DNA of 64,000 nt, from assembly GCA_963752975.1 (NCBI GenBank), contig CAVWAG010000008.1, positions 98,824 to 162,823 on the forward strand, given 5' to 3'. Below, piece after piece: positions 38,538 through 48,074 of this stretch. The notes below the pieces were generated by a model. That model made no database searches. It saw nothing but the letters and a program-made list of their open reading frames with translations, and was not told where the DNA came from. The stretch comes from an uncultured Chloroflexia bacterium. GTDB taxonomy: Bacteria > Chloroflexota > Dehalococcoidia > GIF9 > UBA5629. Each line of letters opens with the position of its first letter. Position 1 is the stretch's first letter. The position numbers and the translations under genes are program-made.

Positions 38538-38864
38538 ATGGCGAAATCATCGACCGGTCTTGAGGAGAACGTAGCAGGGTTACTTTGCTATATACTGGGT
38601 TGGGTCAGCGGCCTGGTATTTTTCCTGATAGAGAAGGACAGCAAGTTCGTGAAATTCCATGCTATGCAATCCATAATTACATTCGTAGCTCTAATGATAA
38701 TTATGTGGATAGCAAACGTGATCCCGTTAATCGGCTGGCTAATAGCAGGCTTGGTCGGGCTACTGGCTCTGGTGCTCTGGATAATCCTGATGATCAAGGC
38801 TTACCAGGGGGAGAAATTCAAGCTGCCGGTGATCGGCGACCTTGCTGAGAAATGGTCTGCCTGA
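38538..38864 (+). CDS. DUF4870-family small membrane protein
   Basis: The 108-aa ORF reads ..NVAGLLCYILGWVSGLVFFLIEKDSKFVKFHAMQS..AYQGEKFKLPVIGDLA.., which is typical of this family. Confidence 0.7.
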   Translation: MAKSSTGLEENVAGLLCYILGWVSGLVFFLIEKDSKFVKFHAMQSIITFVALMIIMWIANVIPLIGWLIAGLVGLLALVLWIILMIKAYQGEKFKLPVIGDLAEKWSA

Positions 38865-39553
38865 TCAGAAAGGCAATTCAACGCGGTAGAAAGCTTCAGC
38901 CAACTCATAGCCTTTATCCTTAGCACGCGTGGCATGCATGCTCTTAAAGCCGTCCTCCCAGCCTTTGGGGAAATGGCCGACCTGGCTTTTATGGCAGCGC
39001 AGCGCTGCTATCTTGAGATCCCAGGTGTGTGAAACGTCGGAAAAGTAGTTTGGCTGTTCCGCACCCCAGAATAACAACTCTTTTACCTTGTGAGGCAGTA
39101 AACCGCTACCTTCAAGTCGGGGTATGCCAGCCGGTCGCGTGCCAGGGGATAGACGGCGTCAAGCACCACCTGGCCGGTAATGCGGTGGTCGCGGTGCCAG
39201 ACATATTTGCGGTAAGGGTCGGGCGTGGCAACCGTGTGCGGCCTGTATGTCCTGATAACCTTAACTACTTCTTTACGGAAGTCCGGCGTGTCTTCCAGCG
39301 ACTGATCATCGTGTCCCAGGAAAACAACCTCGCTGACGCCAAGTGTGAGCGCCGCCTGCTTTTGCTCATTTATACGTATCTCGGCCAGTTGTTCGGTGGT
39401 GATCTCGGGATCGTCTGAGCCTTTATTGCCGTTGGTAAGGATAATGTAGATAACCCTGCGGCCTTCTCGTATCCACCCGGCCACCGTGCCGCCGATGCCG
39501 AATTCAGGGTCGTCAGGGTGCGGGGCTATTATCATTGCATCGTATTCTTGCAT
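38865..39553 (-). pseudogene. PIG-L / LmbE-family N-acetylglucosaminyl deacetylase, frameshift near 39110-39118 (fragments 39083-39553 and 38865-39077)
   Basis: The N-terminus (AMIIAPHPDDPEFGIGGT) is the family zinc motif, and ..HRDHRITG.. follows. The first fragment ends ..AYPDLKVAVYCLTR* while the neighbouring frame reads EGSGLLPHKVKELLFWGAEQPNYF.. into the second fragment. Confidence 0.8.
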
Positions 39554-39585
39554 AACACCAGTCCGTATTGATTTATTTGGAGTTC

Positions 39586-40816
39586 TCAGCGGTGAAGTAC
39601 CGCTTCTTTATGACAATATTGAAGCGCTGTGGCCTTATAAAATTCCCGTTCCAGCCTATCTGTTATCGACTGCCAGCCATATTTCAGGATCATGTTGCCG
39701 GTACAGCCGCCCGTATTTTGGCCGATGGAATCAAGCATGGCGTCCATATGACGGGCAAGATTGGCCGGCGAATTATCCTCCATTATGCGGCATAAATCGC
39801 ACATGCCGGCCAGGCTGGGAATCTCACCGACTGCGGTAGCCAGGACGGGTGTGCCGCAGGCGATTGATTCTATGGCTACCAGGTTGAAGCTCTCGTAATA
39901 TGACGGTATTACGCAGAAATCCGCGGCATTGTAATACAGGTACATATCCTCATGCGGCACTGAACCTATAAACATAACTTTGCTGCCTATCTGGCCAGGC
40001 GGTTGGGGATCCCGGCCTGTTTGAATTGGGTCGAGATATAGGCTGTTGTCGCCTATGACCACCAGCTGGAAATCGTCGCGGTGGTTCAGCAAAGATATGG
40101 CTTCCAGGAGGTTATCCAGGCCTTTCAGCGGGTCATGCCGGCCGACAAAGAGAATGGTCCTTTTTGTGCCGAGTCCGGTTGTATCCCTGGCGTATTGTTT
40201 ATCCACAGGCCTGAATAGCTCGTTATTGATGCCGCAGGGTATAACTGAAATCTTACTTGCGTTTACCTTATATCGGCTGGCCAGTTCCTTCTTTTCGCCT
40301 GCCGTGGATGCGATGATGTGGTCGGCCGACTGCGCCACCGACATTTCGCCGGCAATCCTGTAGGCCGGCTCCAGTTCCCCTAATCCCGCGCGGTTCTTAA
40401 GCAGGCCGAGGGTATGGAACATGGTGAAATGTGGGACCTGCCATGCGCTTTTCAGCCTGCTGCCCACCAGCCCGGAGAACCAGTAATGGCTGTATATCAG
40501 GTCATAGCGCGGTGCGCCGAGTCAGTATCGATCTGGTGATCCGCTCGATATTGTTTTCTAAAGTAGTCTCTGTAATCAGGTTGTAATCGATATTGTCAAC
40601 GTGCATTAACCTGATGTTATTGCCCAGATCGCCCTTGCCGCATTGTGAACAATTTGCCTGAGAGCAGGTGTAGATATCGACGCTGTGTCCCCGGTTGCTC
40701 AATTCCCTGGCCAGGTTGCGGATATATATATTCATGCCGCCCGTATAGCGCCCTCCGGGCACAATGTATGGACAGCTATGCAGGCTGAGTATAGCTATAT
40801 GTAAGGGTTGTTCCAT
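39586..40816 (-). pseudogene. GT4-family glycosyltransferase (MshA/BshA-like), frameshift near 40500-40512 (fragments 40502-40816 and 39586-40467)
   Basis: The N-terminal fragment reads ..GGRYTGGMNIYIRNLARELSNRGHSVDIYT. The next frame reads ..PRYDLIYSHYWFSGLVGSRLK..FTMFHTLG.., the MshA/BshA-type acceptor-domain motif. The C-terminal half carries the GT-B donor domain with ..PSYYESFNLVAIESIACGTPVLAT... Confidence 0.8.
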
Positions 40817-40838
40817 TAATAATTCACCGGCAGCGGTA

Positions 40839-41807
40839 TTAAATATTTATTATACATCTAAATAACTGTGTCTCTGAACCGCCGAGGTGATATTTATATC
40901 TTTCCGACCCCCTGAGGAAATCGTATCTCCTTTTCTTGTTCTCTATGCTGTCTTTGACACTGTAGTATTTGGATAACAAGCCTGCGCTGAGAGAGCGGTA
41001 AGAAGGGTTGTACCCGCTGTTATACAGGTAGATCTCGTCACGGTGATCGAAGCAGAGCGTTGCGGCAATACCGATCTGGTTGAGCTTCAGTATGCCGAGG
41101 CGCAGGGTATGGTCAAGGGCGGCGCTCTCCATTATATCCCTGAAGAACTGCTCCATCTCGGCGGTGAGGAATCTGTTTTTATCCTCCCTGCTCTCACGGA
41201 AAAAATCCAGGAAAATCTCAATATCTTCCGGAGACGCTTCTTGCTTCACCTCGTAAGATACCTCACCCTCCTCCAATAGCCGCCGTTCTTTTCTGAGTAT
41301 CTCGTGACGCTGTTTGCTGTTCAATAGCGAATGATATGATGGCAGGTCCGGAGGAAGGTCCAGCGCCACTGTCACATCATTTTCTGAGCAACTGGCTCCC
41401 GTTTTGCCGGCTTGTATCACCGCTGAAAGCCACCGGTAGGCGGTTGAATCCGGCAGTAAAGGTGAGAGGTCCAGGGTCTTGCAATTCGTTTGTTCCAGAT
41501 GTTGCTGCAAGCTGTGAAAAAAGATGTCTTCTTTGCCGGGTTCGATGATAAAATCAAGGAAGTCACAGACATTATCGCTGCCGATGAAATATAGGATGCC
41601 ATCCTTCAGGCGCAGGGGCGCTATACCTATGATCTTACTCTGCTCGGTTACCGTGCCCAGGTGTAATTCGCTATCCTTGCCGAAATGCCGCCACCATACC
41701 TCGCTCCAGGAAGGCGAAGAAAACAACAGCCTGGACCGGGATTCCCGGCACAGGTCATCCCAGGGTTGACGTATATCTTCAAATTGGTTAAGTGCAAACT
41801 CGGCCAT
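40839..41807 (-). CDS. CelD/BioF2-like GNAT-fold acyltransferase (Acetyltransf_6, FemAB-related)
   Basis: The C-terminal pattern ..YLYNSGYNPSYRSLSAGLL..RYDFLRGSERYKYHLGG.. is typical of the family. The start is placed at the ATG at 41807 (MAEFALNQ..), because the track ORF (to 41963) would overlap the upstream gene by 124 nt. Confidence 0.65.
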   Translation of the reverse strand: MAEFALNQFEDIRQPWDDLCRESRSRLLFSSPSWSEVWWRHFGKDSELHLGTVTEQSKIIGIAPLRLKDGILYFIGSDNVCDFLDFIIEPGKEDIFFHSLQQHLEQTNCKTLDLSPLLPDSTAYRWLSAVIQAGKTGASCSENDVTVALDLPPDLPSYHSLLNSKQRHEILRKERRLLEEGEVSYEVKQEASPEDIEIFLDFFRESREDKNRFLTAEMEQFFRDIMESAALDHTLRLGILKLNQIGIAATLCFDHRDEIYLYNSGYNPSYRSLSAGLLSKYYSVKDSIENKKRRYDFLRGSERYKYHLGGSETQLFRCIINI

Positions 41808-41839
41808 CAGTATATCATTACCCGGGTCTGTAGTATCTG

Positions 41840-43252
41840 TTACAGTGTAAAGCTCTGGCCGTATTCTGGCACTGTTACCTGCTTCAAGCCTGTTTCTGTA
41901 AACGCGTCTGCCAGCGAAAGCGCGGCGGATTCCTCTCCATGCACAACGAATACCTTTTGCCACCTGTCCTTAGCGGCGCCGGCCCATTTCAGCAGATCGT
42001 TGCGGTCGGCATGGGCGCTGAATTCGTTAAATATCTCCACGCGGCAGCGCAGCTTATACTGCTCCCCGAAAATCGATACCTCGGGCCATTTTTCGGCTAT
42101 CTTGCGGCCGAGCGTATTTTCGGCCTGCCAGCCGACGATCAGGACGGTATTGCGTGAATCGCTGATATTGTTCTTAAGATGGTGCTGGATGCGGCCGGCT
42201 TCGGCCATCCCTGAACCGGCGATTATCATGGCCGGTGTTTTTAGATAGTTCAGCTTCTTGGATTCCTCCGCCGAGGCTACATAATGCAATCCACGGAAGC
42301 CGAAAGGATCCTTTTGAGTCCTGAGGAATTCGGCAGTTTCAGAATCGTAGCACTCGGGGTGAACGCGAAAGATGTCGGTAGCATCAATAGCCAGAGGGCT
42401 ATCTACATAAACAGGGATGTCGGGGATACTGTGTGACAGCTTCAGTTGATTCAGGTAATATATCAGCTCCTGTGTCCTTTCCAGTGCAAAAGAAGGTACG
42501 ATAAGCTTCCCGCCCGCTGTAACTGTTTCGTTTATCACGCGGGCCAGCTTGTCCATGACATTGTTAATATCGGCATGCAGCCTGTCGCCGTAGGTGCTCT
42601 CAATAATAAGCACGTCGGAATCAGTCACTACGTACGGGTCGCGGATTATCGGCATGTTGTTGCGTCCCAGGTCGCCGGTGAAGCAAACTGATAACCTCCG
42701 CCCGTTGTCATCTATATTCAGCACGGTGATGGCGGAACCGAGTATATGGCCTGCATCGTGGAAAACAACCTGGATATTGTCGGCCAGGTTAAAGGGATGC
42801 TCGTAGGAGCAGCCGCGCAATAATTTAAGTGTGGGTGGAACGTTTGATTTTCTATAAAGCGGCTCTACGGCAGGTTCATTATGCCTGCGCCGGACCTTGT
42901 TGACGTAGTCGATGTCCCCTTCCTGTATATTGGCCGAGTCAGTCAGCATGATATTGGCGAGGTCAAGCGTGGCAGATGTGCAGTGTACATCACCTTTATA
43001 ACCCAGCCTGACAAGGTTCGGTAAATCACCGAGGTGGTCCATATGCGCGTGGGAGATGATAACAGCGTTCAGCGATTTCGGATCAAAGGCGAAATTCAGA
43101 TTGCGCTCATAGGTGTCTGCCCTGCGCCCCTGGAAAAGCCCGCAATCCAGCAATATGCGGTAGCCATTGATATCCAGCAGGTGCCTTGAACCCGTCACCG
43201 TGCGCGCCGCGCCATGGAATGTGAGGTTAATCAATCGCCCTCCTGCCCACAA
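41840..43252 (-). CDS. MBL-fold beta-CASP family nuclease (RNA-metabolising metallo-beta-lactamase)
   Basis: The ORF is about 465-470 aa and carries the HxHxDH motif (SHAHMDHLG), beta-CASP motifs and a C-terminal ..FSAHADRNDL... The start is the TTG at 43252 or the TTG at 43234 (after AGGAGG). It overlaps the LOG gene's 3' end. Confidence 0.8.
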   Translation of the reverse strand: MWAGGRLINLTFHGAARTVTGSRHLLDINGYRILLDCGLFQGRRADTYERNLNFAFDPKSLNAVIISHAHMDHLGDLPNLVRLGYKGDVHCTSATLDLANIMLTDSANIQEGDIDYVNKVRRRHNEPAVEPLYRKSNVPPTLKLLRGCSYEHPFNLADNIQVVFHDAGHILGSAITVLNIDDNGRRLSVCFTGDLGRNNMPIIRDPYVVTDSDVLIIESTYGDRLHADINNVMDKLARVINETVTAGGKLIVPSFALERTQELIYYLNQLKLSHSIPDIPVYVDSPLAIDATDIFRVHPECYDSETAEFLRTQKDPFGFRGLHYVASAEESKKLNYLKTPAMIIAGSGMAEAGRIQHHLKNNISDSRNTVLIVGWQAENTLGRKIAEKWPEVSIFGEQYKLRCRVEIFNEFSAHADRNDLLKWAGAAKDRWQKVFVVHGEESAALSLADAFTETGLKQVTVPEYGQSFTL

Positions 43253-43907
43253 TGGCCTGCCTTAGATACCAGCTGCTGACGATGTCTTGGACATCCTCGG
43301 GCTGGTCGGATATCCTTAACAGGTGCAGGTCCTCTTCAGAAATATAGCCGGGCTGCAATACTGTGCTCTGCAGCCAATCGAGTAGCCCTCGCCAGAAAGC
43401 GGAGTTAAAGAGTATTACCGGGAAAGGCTTGATCTTTTTGGTCTGTATGAGTGTAAGTACCTCAGTCATTTCATCCAGCGTGCCCAGGCCGCCCGGCATG
43501 ATGACAAATGCTGAAGCGTATTTAACCAGCATCACCTTTCGCACAAAAAAGTGGTTGAAGGAAATGGTGAGATTTGAGTAGATATTGCTTTTTTGTTCTT
43601 GGGGAAGCTCTATGTTAAGACCGATTGATTTAACCCCGGCTTCACTGGCGCCGAGATTGGCCGCTTCCATCATTCCCGGCCCGCCGCCGGTTACTATATT
43701 GAATCCCTGCTTGCCCAGCAGGTTGGCTATCTGCCTGGCATTCTGGTAATCGGCCTGCTCGGGAGTAGCTACGGCCGACCCGTAAATCGTGACTGCCGGC
43801 TCAATGGCTGAGAGCTTGTCAAAACCTTCCACCAGTTCGCCGATATACCTGAATAAACGCCAGGACTCTTCTTTTTCTAAGGCATTGATTTCATATCTTT
43901 CGGGCAT
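43227..43907 (-). CDS. LOG-family (TIGR00730) nucleotide 5'-monophosphate nucleosidase / lysine-decarboxylase-like protein
   Basis: The family motifs TGGGPGMMEAAN and PGGLGTLDE are present. The ATG at 43907 (MPERYEINAL..) is preferred over the track start at 43928. Confidence 0.8.
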   Translation of the reverse strand: MPERYEINALEKEESWRLFRYIGELVEGFDKLSAIEPAVTIYGSAVATPEQADYQNARQIANLLGKQGFNIVTGGGPGMMEAANLGASEAGVKSIGLNIELPQEQKSNIYSNLTISFNHFFVRKVMLVKYASAFVIMPGGLGTLDEMTEVLTLIQTKKIKPFPVILFNSAFWRGLLDWLQSTVLQPGYISEEDLHLLRISDQPEDVQDIVSSWYLRQAIVGRRAID

Positions 43908-43999
43908 ATAGCACCCCTCTTGCAGCAATTATACACCATGATTAACACTTGGAGAGAACGCCGTTCCGCGACGCGAAAATATGCTGCTCCTGTTTATAA

Positions 44000-46567
44000 T
44001 CATTGATCCAATGTGATCATCGAGCCTTCGGCTGTCTTGGTGATATTGATGAGGACAGGGAACCTTTCCTTTATCTCATCAAGATGGGTGATGACAAAGA
44101 CCTTCTCAAAATCGTCCTGGATGGAATGTATCGTCTCAACTAATTTTTCAACGCCCGCGTTATCCTGTGTGCCGAACCCCTCGTCGATAATCAGTATGGG
44201 CATTGAGGCGCCTGCCCTTCTCACCAGCAGGCGGGAGATAGCTATGCGGAGCGCCAGGTCTATCCTGAAAGCCTCCCCGCCACTGTACATTTCGTAGCTG
44301 CGGGTACCTAACTCGTCTGCGATTTTTATATCCAGGGTTTCCACTACGGAGCCTTTCTTGGTGTCCTTCTGTGTTTCCAGCGAAATGGACATCCGGTTAT
44401 CTGTCATTTTGCCGAGGAGGAGATTGGCTTCATTTTCAATTTCCGGTAGCGTTTCTTCTATTATTAGCGCCTGGATGCCACGCTTGCTGAATATCTTGAC
44501 CAGCTCCGTATAGATGCCCTCGGCTTCTTTGCAGTTGCGCAGTAGAGTTTGTTTGGCATTTTTCTCGGCAGCAAAATCATCAAGCTGCTTTATCTTTTCG
44601 CTTAGCTCCGCGAGTTTGTCCCTGACGATCCTCTCCTTACTATTGAAGGTGGACAATTGGGCGTCGAGCATGTCTAATTGTGCTGAGATTTGCGGCAGCG
44701 TGGCTAACTCGTTCCGGATCTGGCTGCCCTGGTTTGTAAGGTTTGTTAGCTCTTCCTTTATGAGTGCGATGGCTTTGACGGTGTCCTCTTTTATCTTTGC
44801 CTGTGCCTCATTTTGCAGCCGGGCCTCCGTCAGGGCCGTATTTAACTTTTCGAAACTCTGAAGCCTTACCCTGTCCTGGCTTATCCTGGTATGGGCGGCA
44901 GGATCGTAGGCCAGTTCTTTAAGTTCCCTGTCGATGGCCGCAACCTCCTTTTGCTCTTCCCTGGCGTAATCCCTGCTTTGTAACCTGGCGTTTAAATCCT
45001 GCATGGTGATTCTTCTGGTTGCTAATTCAGTTGCTATTGAATTTATCTCAAATATATCCTTATCTATTATCGCCAATTGCCGCTTGTTTTCATCCCTTGC
45101 CGCTTTATGGGAGCTTTCTTTCTGCCGTGTTTCCTTCTCCAGGCTGCCGAGAGCAAGCCGGCTCTCGGCTATTCTGTTTGAGTTCTCCCTCGCCTGGGAC
45201 AATTTCTGTTGCAAATCAATCGTCAATTTATCTTTTATCCGCTGGCATCCGTCAGGGCCAAGCTCCGATTCACACAAGGGGCAGGCTGCGCCCGCATGCG
45301 ACATCATCTCAATTTTCTCTTTTGTTTCCTGTATGGCGGCGGCAAGTTCCGAATTAAGTGCCGACAGGCTGCCGATATCAGAATTCAGTTTGTTTATCTG
45401 CTTGTTGCCGGCCTCCAATTGCAGCTCAGCCCCTTTTAATTCTTCCTGATGCTGGAGCAGCTCAGTATGTTTATCCCGTAACTGAGGTAGCCTGCCGGAC
45501 TTATTTTCAAGCTCGGCAACACGCATGGAAACCAGCTTGAATTCATTGGCATACGCGTTTTGGGCGGCTGTTATCAACGACTCAAGTTTATTTCTGCGAT
45601 TTGATAAGGAATTGGCTTTTTTCAAATTCTCGTTGAAATTCTCTTCCAGGGCCGTAGCTTCACGGAATTGGCTGTAACCCTGCTCGATTTGCACCCTATC
45701 AGCGAGGACTTTTTGGTAGCGTTCAATATTGCTGACCGATGAGTCCAGTTGCTTTTGCTGGACAGCCTGGTCTTTTTGGCGCAGGGCAATCTGACGGGTA
45801 AGTAAATCCAGTTGTTCTTTGCGGGCGGTGAGAGAATCCTTTTTCTGCCGGAGGCCGGAAGCCTCAGTTTCCACCACCTTTTTTGCCTGAATCAGCAAAT
45901 TGAGTTCATCGAGCAGGTTATTACGGGTGCTCTCATGCTGCGGCCTTTCCGAGATCTTGGACTGGAGCGATAAAATATCCCTATCGAGGATAGTGGATTC
46001 TGATCGATTTTTATCGACGTTGGTCCTGGCCTCCTGTTCTAATTGATCATAAAACGAAAGATCCAATATATTGGCAAGTATCTCTTTGCGTTCCCCCGGC
46101 CTTTTCTTGCTGAATTCGTTGGACCTTCCCTGCAGCAGCATGGCGCTGTTGATGAAGGTCGGGTAATCAAGGTGAAGCAGGCTATTTATTTTAGCCTGGG
46201 TTTCCTTTTTTACGTGTTCTCCAATAGGCTTAAACATATTACCGTTAAATAACTGCAGATCAAGCATGGTCTGGGGGGTCCTGGTTGCGGAAGCCTTTGA
46301 ATATTTGCGGATTATGCGGTATCGGTCAGCGGCGGATAAGAACTCAAGTTCGACCTCCATCTCGGTTTGACCGCTGTAAATAAGGTCATCATTTTTGCCC
46401 CGCGAAGTTTCACCCCACAGCGCCCAGGTTATAGCGTCGAATATGCTGGATTTACCGCTGCCGTTATCTCCGCACAGGCATGCCACGTGAAGACTTTCGA
46501 AACTTAGCGGCGCTACATTGTCCCGGTAGCACATGAAGTTTTTGAGTCTAAGTTGAACCGGTATCAA
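44000..46567 (-). CDS. sbcC: SbcC/Rad50-family ATPase with coiled coil and zinc hook
   Basis: The 855-aa ORF is intact, with a TTG start 5 nt after GGAGAG. It has Walker A (CGDNGSGKSSIFDAI), long coiled coils, a CxxC hook (GAACPLCESEL), the signature motif (YSGGEAF) and Walker B (LIIDEGFG). Confidence 0.85.
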   Translation of the reverse strand: MIPVQLRLKNFMCYRDNVAPLSFESLHVACLCGDNGSGKSSIFDAITWALWGETSRGKNDDLIYSGQTEMEVELEFLSAADRYRIIRKYSKASATRTPQTMLDLQLFNGNMFKPIGEHVKKETQAKINSLLHLDYPTFINSAMLLQGRSNEFSKKRPGERKEILANILDLSFYDQLEQEARTNVDKNRSESTILDRDILSLQSKISERPQHESTRNNLLDELNLLIQAKKVVETEASGLRQKKDSLTARKEQLDLLTRQIALRQKDQAVQQKQLDSSVSNIERYQKVLADRVQIEQGYSQFREATALEENFNENLKKANSLSNRRNKLESLITAAQNAYANEFKLVSMRVAELENKSGRLPQLRDKHTELLQHQEELKGAELQLEAGNKQINKLNSDIGSLSALNSELAAAIQETKEKIEMMSHAGAACPLCESELGPDGCQRIKDKLTIDLQQKLSQARENSNRIAESRLALGSLEKETRQKESSHKAARDENKRQLAIIDKDIFEINSIATELATRRITMQDLNARLQSRDYAREEQKEVAAIDRELKELAYDPAAHTRISQDRVRLQSFEKLNTALTEARLQNEAQAKIKEDTVKAIALIKEELTNLTNQGSQIRNELATLPQISAQLDMLDAQLSTFNSKERIVRDKLAELSEKIKQLDDFAAEKNAKQTLLRNCKEAEGIYTELVKIFSKRGIQALIIEETLPEIENEANLLLGKMTDNRMSISLETQKDTKKGSVVETLDIKIADELGTRSYEMYSGGEAFRIDLALRIAISRLLVRRAGASMPILIIDEGFGTQDNAGVEKLVETIHSIQDDFEKVFVITHLDEIKERFPVLINITKTAEGSMITLDQ

Positions 46568-46734
46568 ATTTGCTCTCCGTTACCCCAACGTATTCGGGGA
46601 ATTATGCCCGGGTTATCGCCGATAAAATATGCTATGCTTTATTGGTCAGCCGCAATATACAGGGCGAATCCGGATAGATCATTTTACCACAGCATATTTA
46701 AAGTTGGTTGAATTGTAGATAACCGAGAGAAGGC

Positions 46735-48066
46735 ATGTTTGAAGCGTTAACAGAAAAATTGAGCAAGGTATTCAGCAGCCTCAGCAATAAGGGCAGGATA
46801 AGCGAAAAAGAGGTTGATGAAGCACTGCGCCAAATACGTTTGGCGTTGCTGGAAGCCGATGTTAATTTCAAAGTTGTAAAGAGCTTCCTGTCAGCAGTGA
46901 GAGAAAAAGCGGTTGATGCTAAAGTGCTGGAGAGCTTAACTCCCGCACAGCAGATTATCAAGATTGTTAACGGGGAGCTTAGCGGCATTCTCGGCAAAGA
47001 GCCGTCGCATTTAAAAGGCTCTGCCAGGCAGCCTTCGGTGGTTATGCTGGTGGGGTTACAGGGTGCGGGCAAAACCACCACGGCAGCCAAGTTGGCTTTG
47101 CATCTCAAACAATCGAACCAGAAGACGTTGATGGTTGCCGCCGACACAAGGAGGCCGGCGGCTATCGAACAACTGAAGGTACTGGGCAGCCAATTGGATA
47201 TACCTGTGTACTTTGAAGACAGCGTGGCTGATCCGGTTCAGATATGCCGCAATTCTATCAGGAGGGCGGAGGAAATTGCTGCATCCTGGGTTATTATCGA
47301 TACACAGGGCCGTTTACATATTGATGAAGTATTGATGAAGGAGCTGGTGGATATAAAGAAGGCAGTTGCCCCGGCTGAAATACTGCTTGTAGCTGATGCA
47401 ATGACAGGCCAGGACGCTGTCAATATAGCCGATGAATTTAATAAGACGCTTGGAATAAGCGGGCTCATCTTAACCAAGATGGATGGCGATGCCCGTGGAG
47501 GCGCAGCACTTTCCATAAAATATGTGACCGGCGTGCCGATTAAATTTTTCGGGGTGGGAGAAAAGGCATCTGCGCTGGAGGTTTTTTACCCGGAAAGGCT
47601 GGCTTCGCGCATACTTGGCATGGGTGATGTACTTACACTGATTGAAAAGGCAGAGAAGACATTCGATAAGCAAAAGATGGAAAAGCTTGAGTCGAAATTG
47701 CGGAAGTCGGAATTTGACCTGAACGACCTGCTTGAGCAGATGAGGCAAATAAAGAAGATGGGCAGCTTCACGCAATTAGTCGAGATGATACCCGGATTTT
47801 CCAAGTTGACCAAGGGCATATCGGATAAGGAAAGCCTTGACCGCACACGTAAAATCGAGGCCATAATTTTATCTATGACAGGCGAAGAGAGAAGGCATCC
47901 GGAACTGATTAACGGCAGCAGAAAAAAGAGAATAGCTAAAGGCAGCGGGACTACTCCGGGTGATATCAACCAGGTGCTTAACCAGTTCTACAATATTCAA
48001 AAAATGACGAAGATGATGGCCAAAGGCAAGCTGCCCAAGAATATGCCCAACCTATTGGGCCGCTGA
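46735..48066 (+). CDS. ffh: Signal recognition particle protein Ffh
   Basis: The 443-aa ORF has the N and G domains (GLQGAGKTTTAAKLA, DTRRPAA, DTQGR, TKMDGDARGG) and a Met-rich M domain. Confidence 0.95.
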   Translation: MFEALTEKLSKVFSSLSNKGRISEKEVDEALRQIRLALLEADVNFKVVKSFLSAVREKAVDAKVLESLTPAQQIIKIVNGELSGILGKEPSHLKGSARQPSVVMLVGLQGAGKTTTAAKLALHLKQSNQKTLMVAADTRRPAAIEQLKVLGSQLDIPVYFEDSVADPVQICRNSIRRAEEIAASWVIIDTQGRLHIDEVLMKELVDIKKAVAPAEILLVADAMTGQDAVNIADEFNKTLGISGLILTKMDGDARGGAALSIKYVTGVPIKFFGVGEKASALEVFYPERLASRILGMGDVLTLIEKAEKTFDKQKMEKLESKLRKSEFDLNDLLEQMRQIKKMGSFTQLVEMIPGFSKLTKGISDKESLDRTRKIEAIILSMTGEERRHPELINGSRKKRIAKGSGTTPGDINQVLNQFYNIQKMTKMMAKGKLPKNMPNLLGR

Positions 48067-48074
48067 AGGCGCAG

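Noticed and set aside
46568-46734. Checked the sbcC-ffh spacer for an sbcD remnant or an SRP (4.5S) RNA gene next to ffh.
   Set aside because: The spacer is only 167 bp. It has no open frame with phosphoesterase motifs, and I could find no helix-8-like SRP RNA hairpin (GGAA/GNAR tetraloop with symmetric loop).
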